From Octopus bimaculoides (Eukaryota): DNA of 64,000 nt. The notes below the pieces were generated by a model. The model did no database searches, was not told the DNA's origin, and saw nothing but the letters and a program-made list of their open reading frames with translations. Both the position numbers and the translations under genes were made by a program. Shown in pieces: positions 52,663-64,000 of this stretch. The first letter of the stretch is position 1. The number at the start of each line of letters is the position of its first letter. The stretch covers positions 58,125,753-58,189,752 of the forward strand of contig NC_068981.1 in assembly GCF_001194135.2 (NCBI RefSeq), written 5' to 3'.

Positions 52663-53289
52663 ACACATACAACCTACATTTATATTCATCAGTATTCATA
52701 TGAGTAATCATAATATGAAACCAATTTCAGTACATATTAATGAAAACTTAGTGCAAATCTAATAAAAGAATGAAGTTAATAGTTTGGTCAATGTAATCTA
52801 TTCTAATAATAACTCATCTTCTAAATATTGAATATAATTAACTTCCAACTGTTCAACCTCATTAACTACATCAGATTCACTTCCCTCTTAATACCATGAT
52901 ACATGGCAATTCCTCAGACATTGATAAAGAGAAAAATTTAGCAAATCATTTAGGTAATTGAAACAACAAAAGGTAGTATAGTTTAAATTACATTCCAAAG
53001 TTATTTACATGATGATGATGTTAATCTGAAGTCAGTCCTATTTAAACTGGGCACTTACAATCAAACCCATTCCAGACATGACCATCTCACCTAATACATC
53101 CAGGACTACTTTTTTTAAAGGTGGTGGTATGATCTGAGAGAAATTTGGATGCTATTTCTAGCAAGTCTAGAAATATCAGGCCATGTAGTATATTGGTTCA
53201 AGTTATAAGTATTTTAGTTATTTAGCTACAATGCAAACCTATTACATCTCACTCTGCTTGACGAGTGGTATAAAAACACCAGAAACACA

Positions 53290-54355
53290 GGCAATAATAA
53301 TTTTTAGTGCTTGTTGACCTGGGGAAGATATCATGATAGGGTACCATGCTCAGTAGTCTGGAGGTTGCCAAGAAAGCTATGTGTAAATGAATGGATTGTG
53401 AAAACTCTGCAAGCCATGCACTGAGAGGCCATTAGAAAGGAATTTGCTGTGCAAGTAGTTGACCAACAAAGGTTAGTTCTGTGCACTTCCTGTTTATTAC
53501 AGTTCTCTATTTTCATAACTAAATTTGTAAAAAACAATTGCAGAAAAAATTCCAACATGACAGCAAAGTCCAGAATAGAGAGGCTCCAAATAAATCTAGC
53601 AAAAATGGATGTCTGAATTAGCAGAGGAAAAAAGACAGGGTTCTACCACCACCAAGACGGTTACCATGTTAAATATGCAGAAAAGAAGTAGGCAGAAGCT
53701 CTATATTGTTTACTCTTTTGTGTATATATGGGGGCACAAAGGATGTAGTGGGATCATATGCAGGATGACAGAAGAAAGTCTTTGTGTGCAAAAGGTATTT
53801 AACAGTAAGAACACTCATAAAATAAATTTCCAAATGTTCAGAAAGTGTCATAGAGATAGCTGATAGCTTCTGTTGTCTTGATGTTCTATTTAACAGTGGT
53901 GGTGGATGTTTTGATAGCCTTAGTAACAATAAGGTATTCTCACTTCTAGTACAAAGTGTGATGTTGCTTGGTAAGGAAACCTGGACACTGAATCAAGAGA
54001 ATAAGTCAACACGGTTTGCTGGGAGTGTGATGTTTGTGTGTTGGTGTGATAGAATACAAATGAATTGAGAGAAAAACCACTTATGAGAGGAATCAGATGT
54101 AGTATACAAGAGAGAAAACTGCATTCATTTGGACATGAGTATGGAGGATGACAGTTGGGTAAAGAAGTGATCCAAGTGAGAGGAACTGGTGGAAGAGGAG
54201 AACTGAGAAAGACATGAGAAGTGGTTAAGCTGATCTCATGAGGCTGGACCTCACAAAGGTGATGAAGACTGCAATAAAAGATGAGGCAGTGTGCTAAAGA
54301 AGACCTATCCAACCCGTTAAAAAGTGGGTACAAAAATGATGATGATGATGATTTC
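53290..54355 (+). mobile_element. Old RTE LINE 3' fragment
   Basis: Degenerate C..W.HKGCSGI finger, LGKETWTLN, RKLHSFGH, ..GRGELRKT*; ends in (ATG)n tail. Confidence 0.7.
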
Positions 54356-54499
54356 AAAAGAAACGTAGTAAAAATAACATATACAATCAAATAGCTGATC
54401 AATCAAATACAACTTGTTTCTTTATATGGAGAAATTATAGTAAAAAAAGAAAAAAATTGGCTTTCAGCAGCAGCATTTTTTTTTTTTCACTTGCTAGGT

Positions 54500-54780
54500 C
54501 TGGAGGAAGGGGCAGTGCTAATGGCCTTTACAGGCTCTCCTAGGCTGATGAGATAGTTGCTGTTAATGTGCCTCTTGAAATGTTGCAAGTCAAAACCTGT
54601 AGGAAAGGCATAGCAGGGAGGTAATTCCAGAGGATTGATATTTTAGGAAGGAAGAACTGGGGGTACTGGATACAAAAAGGGTGATGAAGAGAGGGGAGGT
54701 GAATGGATTTGGAATGCCTAAGTGGAACTGGCTACACTCATACCAACCCCAAGGAGTAGAAAGCATTATAGTTGCATGAA
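54500..54780 (-). mobile_element. CR1/Jockey-group LINE extreme 3' fragment
   Basis: FFLPKISILWNYLP matches the F.PRT..LWN.LP terminal motif. Confidence 0.55.
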
Positions 54781-55824
54781 AATAAAAAGAGAAGAGACAG
54801 CACTTATGAGTGATATTATTCTAATCAGCTGGGCAACCCTTTTCTAGATATAGTCTAAAATGTCTGTGTGTACAGTAGTAGTATCACAGGTGTAAGAGTA
54901 ACATTCAATGATGGACCATACCTGAATTTTTTAGTACATCAATAATTGTTGGGAACTGAAGTATCTTCTGGCCCTGAATTGATGGACCAGTCATTTGGAG
55001 GTCGTCCTATGTATATGAAGGATTGGCATGGGTTGAATGGCTTTTCTGAGATAGTGTTTCATGGTCAGATGCCTTTCCTATTTCTAACATTTTTAATCAC
55101 TTCTAACAAAATGCAAGAATGCAATCTACCTACTCTAACCAACAGGATATATATAGAAATGCATTAAAAATATAACTAATTTTTTTAGATAGAAATTTAA
55201 GAAATTAAGGAGTATACACATGGCCAATATTGTGTAGGGTTTAGGCTTTCCCCCAGTAAGTTTATTATCCACTTCACTAACATTTATCAAAAGCCATGAT
55301 AAAAGTTTCAACATTTTCAAATTTGCATCATCAGCTGCCCAATTTAACACCACCTCTTTGTCTTTGGGTGCCTTTACTAAGTATACTCTATAGTAAGTAT
55401 TTATACTGGGTCTTTGGTCTGAAGAGGAATTGATCTTGAATTGTAGCAACCCATGAGAAATGATTTCTTCTCTTTCCTCTCAGTAAATCTAAAGACATGA
55501 TGCATTGCTTCCGCCAACACCTTTCTCGTATAGTGCCACCACTTGTTAAAGGGTACAGGAGGAAGTGATCCTTTAGTAAAGGCTTGGTATATGATAGAAC
55601 AGCCCATCTGTGAGTAGAGTTTTGGAAGGTGACAATTTCCTGGCAGGCCCACATATTGCCACTATCATCATCATCATTTAACATCTGTATGTATGTATGT
55701 ATGAATACACATACATATATAAAGAGAGGGAGAGAGAGAAAGAGAGAGTAAAAGGCGGAAAGAGTTGCGTGATTGTACAAATATTAGCAATCTATTGCCT
55801 TTTGTCAATATAAAATTCACATGT

Positions 55825-58469
55825 ATCATCATCGTCGTTTAACGTCTGTTTTCCATGCTGGCATGGGTTGGATGGTTCAACTGGGGACTGGCAAGCCAGG
55901 AGGCTGCAACAGGCCCCAATATGATCTGGCAGTGTTTCTACAGCTGGATGCCCTTCCTAATGCCAACCACTCTGAGACTGTAGTGGGTGCTTTTTACGTG
56001 CCACCAGTACAGGGGCCAGAGAAGCTGGCATTGACCACGATCAGATGGTGTTTTTTACGTTACATCGTCATGGAAGCCAGCCAAGGTGGCACTGGCATCA
56101 GCCACGTTTGGCTGGTGCTTTTTATGTGCCACCGGCACGGGGCTCACAACTACAATTTCCATTTGATTTGATTTTGATATTGCTGATGTTGATGTATTTG
56201 ACTCAATAGGTCTCCTCAAGCACGGCATGTCACCCTACGATCCAAGGTATTTTGAGTGGGCTGGTTATGCGACACTGGTGTAGGTTACAGCTGTGAACTC
56301 ACTTTATTTGCCGGGTCTTTGCAGTCACAACATACCTCCAGAGGTTTTAGTCTTTTGTTATTGCCTCTGTGAGGCCCAATATTCAAAGGTCATGCTTCAC
56401 CACCTCATCCCATGTCTTCCTGGGTCTCCCTCTACCCTGGATTCCTTCCACTGTTTGGGGGTGACACTTCTTCACACAGCTCTCCTCATCCATCCACAGT
56501 ATATGACCATACAAATGCAAACGTCTCTCTTGCATGCCACATCCAATGCTTCTTATGTCTAACATTTCTCTCAGGGCACTTACAATTTGTCATGTGTGCA
56601 CACTGACATTACACATCCAACAGATCATGCCAGCTTCATTTCTTTTGAGCCTACGCATGTCTTCAGCAGTCATAGCCCATGTTTCACTGCTGTGAAGCAT
56701 GGCAATTCACACACATACATTATACAATCTACCTTTCACTCTGAGGGAGAAGCCCTTTGTCACCAGTAAGGTTAGAAGCTTTCTGAATTTTGCCCAGGCT
56801 ATTCTTATTCTAGTGGTAACACTCTCCGAGCATCCCCCCACCACCACCACTACAGACTTGGTCANNNNNNNNNNTCTAGTGGTAACACTCTCCGAGCATC
56901 CCCCCACCACCACCACTACAGACTTGGTCATCTAGGTAGCGGAAGCTATCAACTACTTCTAGTTTCTCCCCCTTGCATGTGATGGAATCTGTTTTCTGAG
57001 CATCAGTGGTGTTTATTGCCCCTGTGCATCTGCTGCACATGAAAGCTATCTTCCCGGTAAGTCTTTCTTTGATGTTGCTGCACTTCTTATGTGCCCATAG
57101 CTTACACTTGGTACATCTTATGGAGTTTCTACCTACACCTTTTCTACACATCGAGCAGGGTCACCTACCTGAAGGGGTTTGTGATGTGTTCACCTTTCTA
57201 CTTACTAGAACTTTGGTCTTTGCAACATTAACTCTAAGACACTTCGATTCTAAACCTTGCTTCTACACCTGAAATTTCTTCTCTAGTTCAGGTAGTGATT
57301 CTGCTATGAAGGCCAGGTCATCAGCACAGAGGAGCTCCCAGGGGCAACTTGTCTTGAATTCCTCTGTTATTGCCTGGAGGACTATGATGAATAAGAGGGG
57401 GCTGAGGGCTGATCCTTGGTGGACCCCTAATTCTACCCGGAATTCTTCACTATACTAATTGCCAATCCTAACTCTACTAATGGCATCTCTGTATAGGGCC
57501 TGTACAGCCCTTATTAACCATTTGTCAATCCCCAGTTTCCACATCGCCCACCAGATGAGGGACCGGGGGTCCCTGTCAAAGGCTTTCTCCAAGTCCACAA
57601 AAGCCAAGTAAAGGGGTTTATCTTTGGCTAGGTATTACTCCTGCAGTTGCCATACCAGGAATATAGCATCAGTGGTGCTTCTACCTGGCACAAAACCGAA
57701 CTGCATCTCATCTAAGCAGACTCTCTACCTAATTAGTTGGGCTATGACCCTTTCCTTGACCTTCATCCCCTGATCCAGCAGTTTGATACCACTGTAGTTA
57801 TTTCTATCTAAAGCATCACCTTTACCCTTGTAGCAGTTGACTATGGTGCTGCTACGCCAGTCTTTGGGTATGACTCCATCATGAACTACCTGGTTTACAA
57901 TACGAGTGACTGGGCCATAGCTCATACCACCAGATGTTTTAAGCATATCAACAGTGATTCCTGATGGGCCGGGGGCTTTTCCTGGCTTCATACTCTTAAT
58001 TGCTTTATCTACAAGGGTGCTGTCTATTCAGATAGCTGGTCCTTCAACTGGATCAACGTTTGGCAGGCTTTCCTCCTCCCATTCATTCTCCACTTTCAGT
58101 AGTCTTTCATAATGGCTTCTCCAAGCCTTTTACTTTTCTGAATCATTAAAAGCAAGTGCACCATCATCCATGCGGACACATTTCTCTCCTGTGACATCAA
58201 AATTTTTTCTCAGACACTGTCTTGCAATCCGAAATACTTCAGTTCTTTGGTCCTCACGTCACTGGACATTGGCAAACTTCTTTTCTGTTTCACCCTTGCC
58301 TATGTATACCTGTCACCCAGCCTCCCTTTTGGCTATCTGGTACAGTTCCCTGCTACCCCCACCCTTCCAGGCTTTCCAGGCTTGTTTCTTTGCTCTGATG
58401 GTTTTGTCTACTATATTAATCCACCACCACGTTACTCTAGGTCTGGAAGGGACTTTGCACCATCCGCAG
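55825..58469 (-). mobile_element. RTE-clade LINE, ~2.6 kb covering RT domain, C-terminus and 3' UTR; 5' end at a gap
   Basis: KAPGPSG..., GVHQGSALSPLLF, LLCADDL, VDSFRYL, RRLHLYGH, GRGRPRKTW; 3' UTR ends ..GGAAAACAGACGTTAAACGACGATGATGAT; several stops. Confidence 0.95.
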
Positions 58470-59089
58470 NNNNNNNNNNNNNNNNNNNNNNNNNNNNNNN
58501 NNNNNNNNNNNNNNNNNNNNNNNNNNNNNNNNNNNNNNNNNNNNNNNNNNNNNNNNNNNNNNNNNNNNNTTTTTTGTTTGTTTCATAATATTTGATTTTG
58601 TTGCTGGTTGTAGTTTCTAAATTATATGTAAAAATTGATGAATACAGGAATTAATGGTAGCTACTCAGCATCAGTTGAAGCCAGCTGAATGAATGCTATC
58701 AGTGGCATCAGAAAGAAGCCCAACTATTCTCTAGAAATATTGGCATTTATTATGAAGGAATTAACTGGTAATATTTTCAATGTAAAATTATATTAGACAT
58801 TTAGAGGCACCAATTTGTGAGAGAAAAGCCTAAGAGATCTTCAGTGAGTCTGTTGCTCTTTTTTGTGCAATAGCATTGATAGCAATATTGTGTAACAACT
58901 ATTGTAGCTTGAAGGCTAAATTATTATTTGGTATTTTGAAATGAAAACAGTAATCCAATATAATTCTTTATTTCTCAACTTTTAAGCACTGATTAAATGA
59001 GGCAAACTAAATTCTGAATGTAACAAATACACACACAGATATGTATAGTAGAAGTATTAAGGCTGCTCCTCCTGGTGAAGAGGATTGTC

Positions 59090-59310
59090 TTGCATGAGTC
59101 CTGTGTCAGTGCAACATAAAAAGCGGTTATGCTGGTGCCACATATTAAAGCACCCAGCACACATTGTAAAGCGGTTGGCATTAGGAAGGGCATCCAGCTC
59201 TAGAAAGTGAAATCAGACTGGAACCTGGTACAACTCTTTGGCTGGCCAGTGCTGGTTAAACCATCCAACCTATGGTAGCATTGAAAACAGACATTAAAGA
59301 ATGATGATAA
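59090..59310 (+). mobile_element. RTE-tail/SINE copy
   Basis: GGTTGGCATTAGGAAGGGCATCCAGC..AACAGACATTAAAGAATGATGAT. Confidence 0.78.
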
Positions 59311-59319
59311 TTATATATC

Positions 59320-59985
59320 ATCATCATCATCATTGTCGTTTAATGTCTGCTTTCCATGCTGGCATGGATTGGATGGTTTGACTGAGGGCTAGCAAACCAG
59401 AAGGCTGCACCAGGCTGTAATCTGATCTGGCAAAGTTTCTACAGCTGGATGCCTTTCGTAATGCCAACCACCTCAAGAGTGTAGTAGGTGCTTTTTATGT
59501 GCCAACGGCATGAAGGCCAGTCAGGCAGTACTGGCATCAGCTATGCTCAAATGGTGCTTTTTACATGCTACCAGGACAGGAACCAAGTGGCACTGGTAAC
59601 GACCACGCTTGAATGGTGTTATTTACGTGCCACCGGCACAGGTGCCAGTCAGGCGATGCTGGCAACAATCATGCTTGAATGGTGCTTTTTATGTACCACT
59701 GGCACAGGAGCCAGTCAGACAGCACTAGCAACGATCACACTTAAATGGTGCCTTTAATGTGCCACTGGCATGGGTGCCAATCAGGCGGTACTGTCATTGG
59801 CCATGACAATTTCACTTGCCTCAACAGGTCTTTGCAAGCTGGTTATGCTGCACTGGAATAGGCCTCGGTTATGGTCTCACTTGGCTTGCCGGGTATTCTC
59901 AAGCACAGCACATCTCCAAAGGTCTCGGTCACTTGTCATTGCCTTGGTGAGGCCCAATGTTCAATGGTTGCGCTTCACTACCTCT
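59320..59985 (-). mobile_element. RTE 3' end (last codons + 3' UTR with ~66-bp tandem units)
   Basis: 59800-59985 aligns by eye with 56200-56405; five units beginning GGTGCTTTTTAYRTG. Confidence 0.8.
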
Positions 59986-61036
59986 TTTTCTGGCCGAATA
60001 TGCAACAGTCTATTACTGCTTGGTCACGTGCCTCTCTACCATGTCAGCGTGCCTCTCTACCAAAGTGCATCGTCACGTGAGAGCACCTTTTGGACAATTC
60101 CAGCCACCGGACACCAGGTTCCATCACATGCACATCGACCTGGTTAGTCCTTGGCCGGTCAGTTGCAGATTTACTTATATATTACCTGCATCAACCGTTT
60201 CTCCAGATGGCCTGAAGCCATCCCTCTCGTGGACATTTCCACAGAAACTGTCACCAGAGCACTTATCTCTGGGTGGATATCTCACTTCAAAGTACCCTCT
60301 AGAATTACTACTGATCATAGATGACAATTTGAAGCTTGTCTGTTCCGTGAGCTTTCGAGATTGCTCAGAGTTCAAGACATCCATACCACCAGTTACCATC
60401 CTGCCATGAATAGAATGGTGGAAAGATTCCACTGACAGCTCAAAGCTGCTATTTGCACAGCTCCTGACCCTCATCGCTGGTCCAAGTTTCTCCCCATTGT
60501 TCTGCTAGGGTACCGCTCAGCTGTTAAGGAGGACTTAGGCTATTCCTCCACTGAGCTCCTGTATGGCACCACCTTAGCACTTCCTGGACAAATGTTGGTA
60601 CCTGTTGGCTTACCGAATGCAGAGCCCCCCACATCTTATATCATGCGACTCAGGTCATTCTTTGCTGATCTGCCACTGATGCTTCCTCGTGACCAGTCTA
60701 TTTCTACCTGGACTCATATTTGTAAGAAATGATGCTGTCAAGGGACCACTCACACCTCCCTACACTGGACCCTATCGCGTTCTCAAAAGCACACCGAAAC
60801 TGTTCACTGTGGACATTCATGGAAAAAAAGAGACTGTCTCTATCAACAGAGTAAAAAAAGCGTTTTCCGAAACATTTATGCCACTTGCTGACATGCCCAT
60901 CATTCCACAAACACTGCCACCCCCACCCTCACAAGCATCACATCCCCTCACGAAAACACCAACTACACAAACACACTCTTCACCTTACAGGACACGTTCT
61001 GGCAGATCAGTTCATTGGCTGAAGAAATTGAATTAA
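59986..61036 (+). mobile_element. Ty3/Gypsy LTR-retrotransposon integrase fragment, defective
   Basis: FWPNM..., KVHRHVRAP..PDTRFHHMHIDLV, RFSRWPEAIPL, ITTDHR*QFE, TTSYHPAMNRMVERFH, PPYTGPYRVL (GPY/F), ending RTRSGRSVHW; no LTR or PPT seen. Confidence 0.92.
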
Positions 61037-62544
61037 AATACCTTACAGTATTTAGTTTCAATTCCTATTCTCTGAATTCAAAGTTCAATATCTTTCCTTT
61101 TAACATTGATATTAAACACAACTATCGCAAGTGTTACATTCCAAAACCCCTCGCAATAGGTGAAAATCCGCGAAGTAGAAACAGTACTGTACTGTGTATT
61201 TTTTTTTTATTATTTTTATAATTTGTATATATCTATTTTATTATAAATGCAAAACAACACTACGGAGGAACTGACGTAAGTTTAAATAATAAACCACGAA
61301 AAGTGAACTGCGATATGACAAGGGATTACTGCAATACACTAAATTGATTTTAATACATTAATTAGTTTCTACAGAACACTACCTAATAATATGAATGAGG
61401 TTGAGTCTACCAACTACAAACACTCCCTACAAAAATTTAACATTGTATCTATGTTAGAAACCAATATGTTAAGTTTGATTTGGTTAACATCCTTCTTCAT
61501 AAAAATGCCTTTGTGTCTATTATTGTTTTATTATTTAAACTAGGTTATAACTTTTTATGGTCTGAGTTTGAACACCCTTAATGTTGAATTTACCATCTAT
61601 CCTTCTGAAGTCATTTGAATAGCTTCTAGACTCATTCTTTTTGAAGCTCTGAACCCAAGTTAGAAATCAATATTATTCATGTAGTCTATGATATATATTA
61701 ATGCATCTTTGAGCTCCTGTTTAATAAAATTTCTCCAAACCTATTTATTCATTCTAGATCCATTTGGTACATGGAATATACTTTACATGTGCTGAATATA
61801 TTATTTCTAGATGATGTCAGTTGTTTGTTTCTGTGTTCTTGTATTGGTTGGTTAACTTGTAGGAATATCTACTTTGAAGTTGATTTTGTTTGATCCTTTG
61901 CTATTTCCTTGCATAATACTATTTTTATGAATGACAGTTCTCTTAAGTATTTTATAGCAAATATCTTTGTCAAAAATCACTTTTACTATGCATGTAAAAG
62001 CACTCTCAAGAGCCTATTGCATATACTTAACTGATAGATTTACTATTCTTTATCCCTAAATTAATATCTATGAGTGAAGTTAAAAACTTTAACTGAATTC
62101 TTATGAGCTACTTTAGAAGTGAAATACCAAAAATAAAAAATAGAATATATGTTACACATATGCCTATGCCATGCAGAGAATCTCTCTCTCTGATTTGTCT
62201 TCATAGAGTGTTTTAAAAATGATTTTTAAAAGCAGTCCTCGAAGATCTTGACATTTAAAAAACGCTACCAAAAATTGGTTACTTCAGGGTTGTCATCATT
62301 AACTTGATCTAATTTTTAATAAAATTCAAGAAATTAACTAACATTCAAAAACATAATTTCTTGCTCACATTTACATTCAAACAGTCAAAAACCACATCTT
62401 AGTTTTTGCATTTCAGGCCCCCATATTCAATAAAGTGACAATAATTTCTTTTCTATTTGCAAATAGAAACAAATAAAAATTAAAGAAAGGTAAAATTGGC
62501 AAATGCAGAAATTGAATGAGAAACCAAAATAGGTAAAGGTAAGG

Positions 62545-62755
62545 TAAAGTTACTTTCTTGTTTCCATGGTGTATAAATTCTCCATCTGGATAGGACACTG
62601 GTTCATTGCAGGATTACTCATTTTTGCCAGCTGAGTGGACTGGAGCAATGTGAAATGATGTACTTTGCTCAAAAACACAATGTGTTGCCCGGTCCAGGAA
62701 ATGAAACCACAATCTTAGGATCAGGTGTCCAACACCCTAATCACTAAGCCTCCAC
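62545..62755 (-). mobile_element. tRNA-derived SINE with conserved central domain
   Basis: Minus strand GGCTTAGTGATTAGGGTGTTGG..GTGGTTTCATTTCCTGGACCGGG..TTGTGTTTTTGAGCAAAG..TTGCTCCAGTCCACTCAGCTG (A-box, B-box-like, core). Confidence 0.72.
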
Positions 62756-62849
62756 CAACCAAAATAAGCAGCATAAAGGGTTTAGCTTAGCATTCAAGCA
62801 TTCACACCTTATTTATCTTTAGCAAGAAAGCTTACATGTGGTTGCTACA

Positions 62850-63046
62850 TATCTTTATTTTTTCTTTTACTTGTTTCAGTCTTTGACTGTGGCCATACTG
62901 GGGTACCACCCTGAAAGGTTTAGTTGAACAAATCAACCTCAGTACTCATTTTTAAAGCACATACTTATTCTATCAGTTTTTTTTGTTGAACTAAGTTATA
63001 GAGATGTACACAAGTCAACATTTGTTATGAAGTGGTGGTAATGGTA

Positions 63047-63090
<44 letters not shown>

Positions 63091-63210
63091 GGGCTTCTTT
63101 CAGTTTTCATCAGCCAAATCCACTCACAAGGTTTTGGTCAGCCAGGGACTATAGAAGATGTCACACAGTAGAGATGAGCCCAGAACCATGTTGTTAGGAA
63201 GAAAATTTAT
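62850..63210 (-). mobile_element. Composite SINE with the same head but an alternative 3' module
   Basis: Reverse head (63088-63210), (TG)n, then GATAGAATAAGTA..GAGGTTGATTTGTTCAAC..TATGGCCACAGTC..ACTGAAACAAGTAAAAG instead of the RTE-like tail. Confidence 0.7.
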
Positions 63211-63819
63211 CTAATAATTTAAATATTCTTTCAAGAAAGCTTTCCAAAGCTAAATTTCCAAAGTTTTGATTTTAATTCTGGAGCCTTCTAATCCATAAAA
63301 GACACAGGATAACCAAAGCTAAAACAAAGGACAGCAACCATTGCATGCCAGAATATTTGACATATCCAATATATAGGAGCAATTAAGATTAATCCAGAGC
63401 ATTTGACATTGTTTCCTTGGAATACTTCATATCAACAAAACTCATCTGCTCTAAATAATGGAATAATATGAAGAGAACTTTTATAGCCAGTTTTTAACAA
63501 GGAATACAGAGATAAAATGCTTAAATCTTACTCTGTAAATGTGTTATCTAATTAAAAATGTCATTATCTTTAAACAGACATCAGATTTTAAAGAAAATTT
63601 AATAAATTTTGAAACAAGTATCAAATGTTCAGTTCATTTCATGAAGTATTTGTGCTATTAAAAACAAATATTTGATTATTAAATAATTCCATTAAAAAGG
63701 TATATGACATGATTAACTTATTGAACCAGAAAAAAAAAATTTTGCATTTTCTCTAATGCCTTTTCCTGGTAGACATAGTGTGTATAAGTTATGGCAATCA
63801 TGCCAATTTAAAACATTAG

Positions 63820-64000
63820 AGGCATGGATGTGGCTATGTGACTGATAAGCTTGCTTCCCAACCGTGTAGTTGGGAAACAAGTGGCTCAGTCTCACTGTGG
63901 GGCACATTGGACAAATGTCTTCTACTAAAGCCCTAGGCTGACCAGAACCTTGAGTGGATTTTGTAGATGGAAACTGAAAGAAGCCTACTGCATGTATGTG
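63820..64000 (+). mobile_element. SINE head module (truncated by window end)
   Basis: GTGGCTATGTG..AAGCTTGCTTCCCAACC..GTCTTCTACTAAAGCCCTAGGCTGACC..GATGGAAACTGAAAGAAGCC. Confidence 0.8.

Noticed and set aside
62700-62755. tRNA gene
   Set aside because: A/B-box-like sequence lacks a complete cloverleaf and continues into a SINE body; the same applies to the other tRNA-like heads.
42101-64000. Search for the canonical first coding exon (MG..SKL..T.F, phase-1 donor) of the NCS gene
   Set aside because: No ATG-GGN start at a suitable distance from a phase-1 donor (e.g. ATG GGG GCC TGA near 62414 stops at once); the exon probably lies beyond the window or in a gap.

Overview
This is animal genomic DNA: AT-rich, strongly CpG-depleted, with six N-gaps and no prokaryotic features (no operons, CRISPR or rRNA). 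The SINE and LINE families suggest a coleoid cephalopod such as Octopus, but that is an inference. None of the supplied ORFs is an intact host gene; they are transposon remnants, microsatellite translations or noise. The only host coding signal I can support is absent from the ORF track. It is two very small minus-strand exons of a neuronal calcium sensor (NCS-1/frequenin/neurocalcin-family) gene: a 25-nt microexon at 42076-42100 and a 49-nt exon at 4056-4104. They are separated by a ~38-kb intron and splice in frame to (F)SKKELKQWYRDFMKDCPSGVLKKE. The rest of the window is probably mostly intron of that gene. It holds three near full-length decayed mariner elements, fragments of RTE, CR1, Tx1, R4-like and Penelope retroelements, a Gypsy integrase fragment, a hAT remnant, TTAA-flanked MITEs, many modular SINEs and microsatellites. 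I found no convincing new biological system. The most notable observations are the microexon gene, a perfect 70-bp palindrome inside one mariner copy, inverted SINE pairs that could form pre-mRNA duplexes, and an RTE LINE with a PHD finger inside its RT whose 3' tail is shared with SINEs. Repeat boundaries are estimated by eye (tens of bp) unless TIRs, TSDs or splice sites are quoted.
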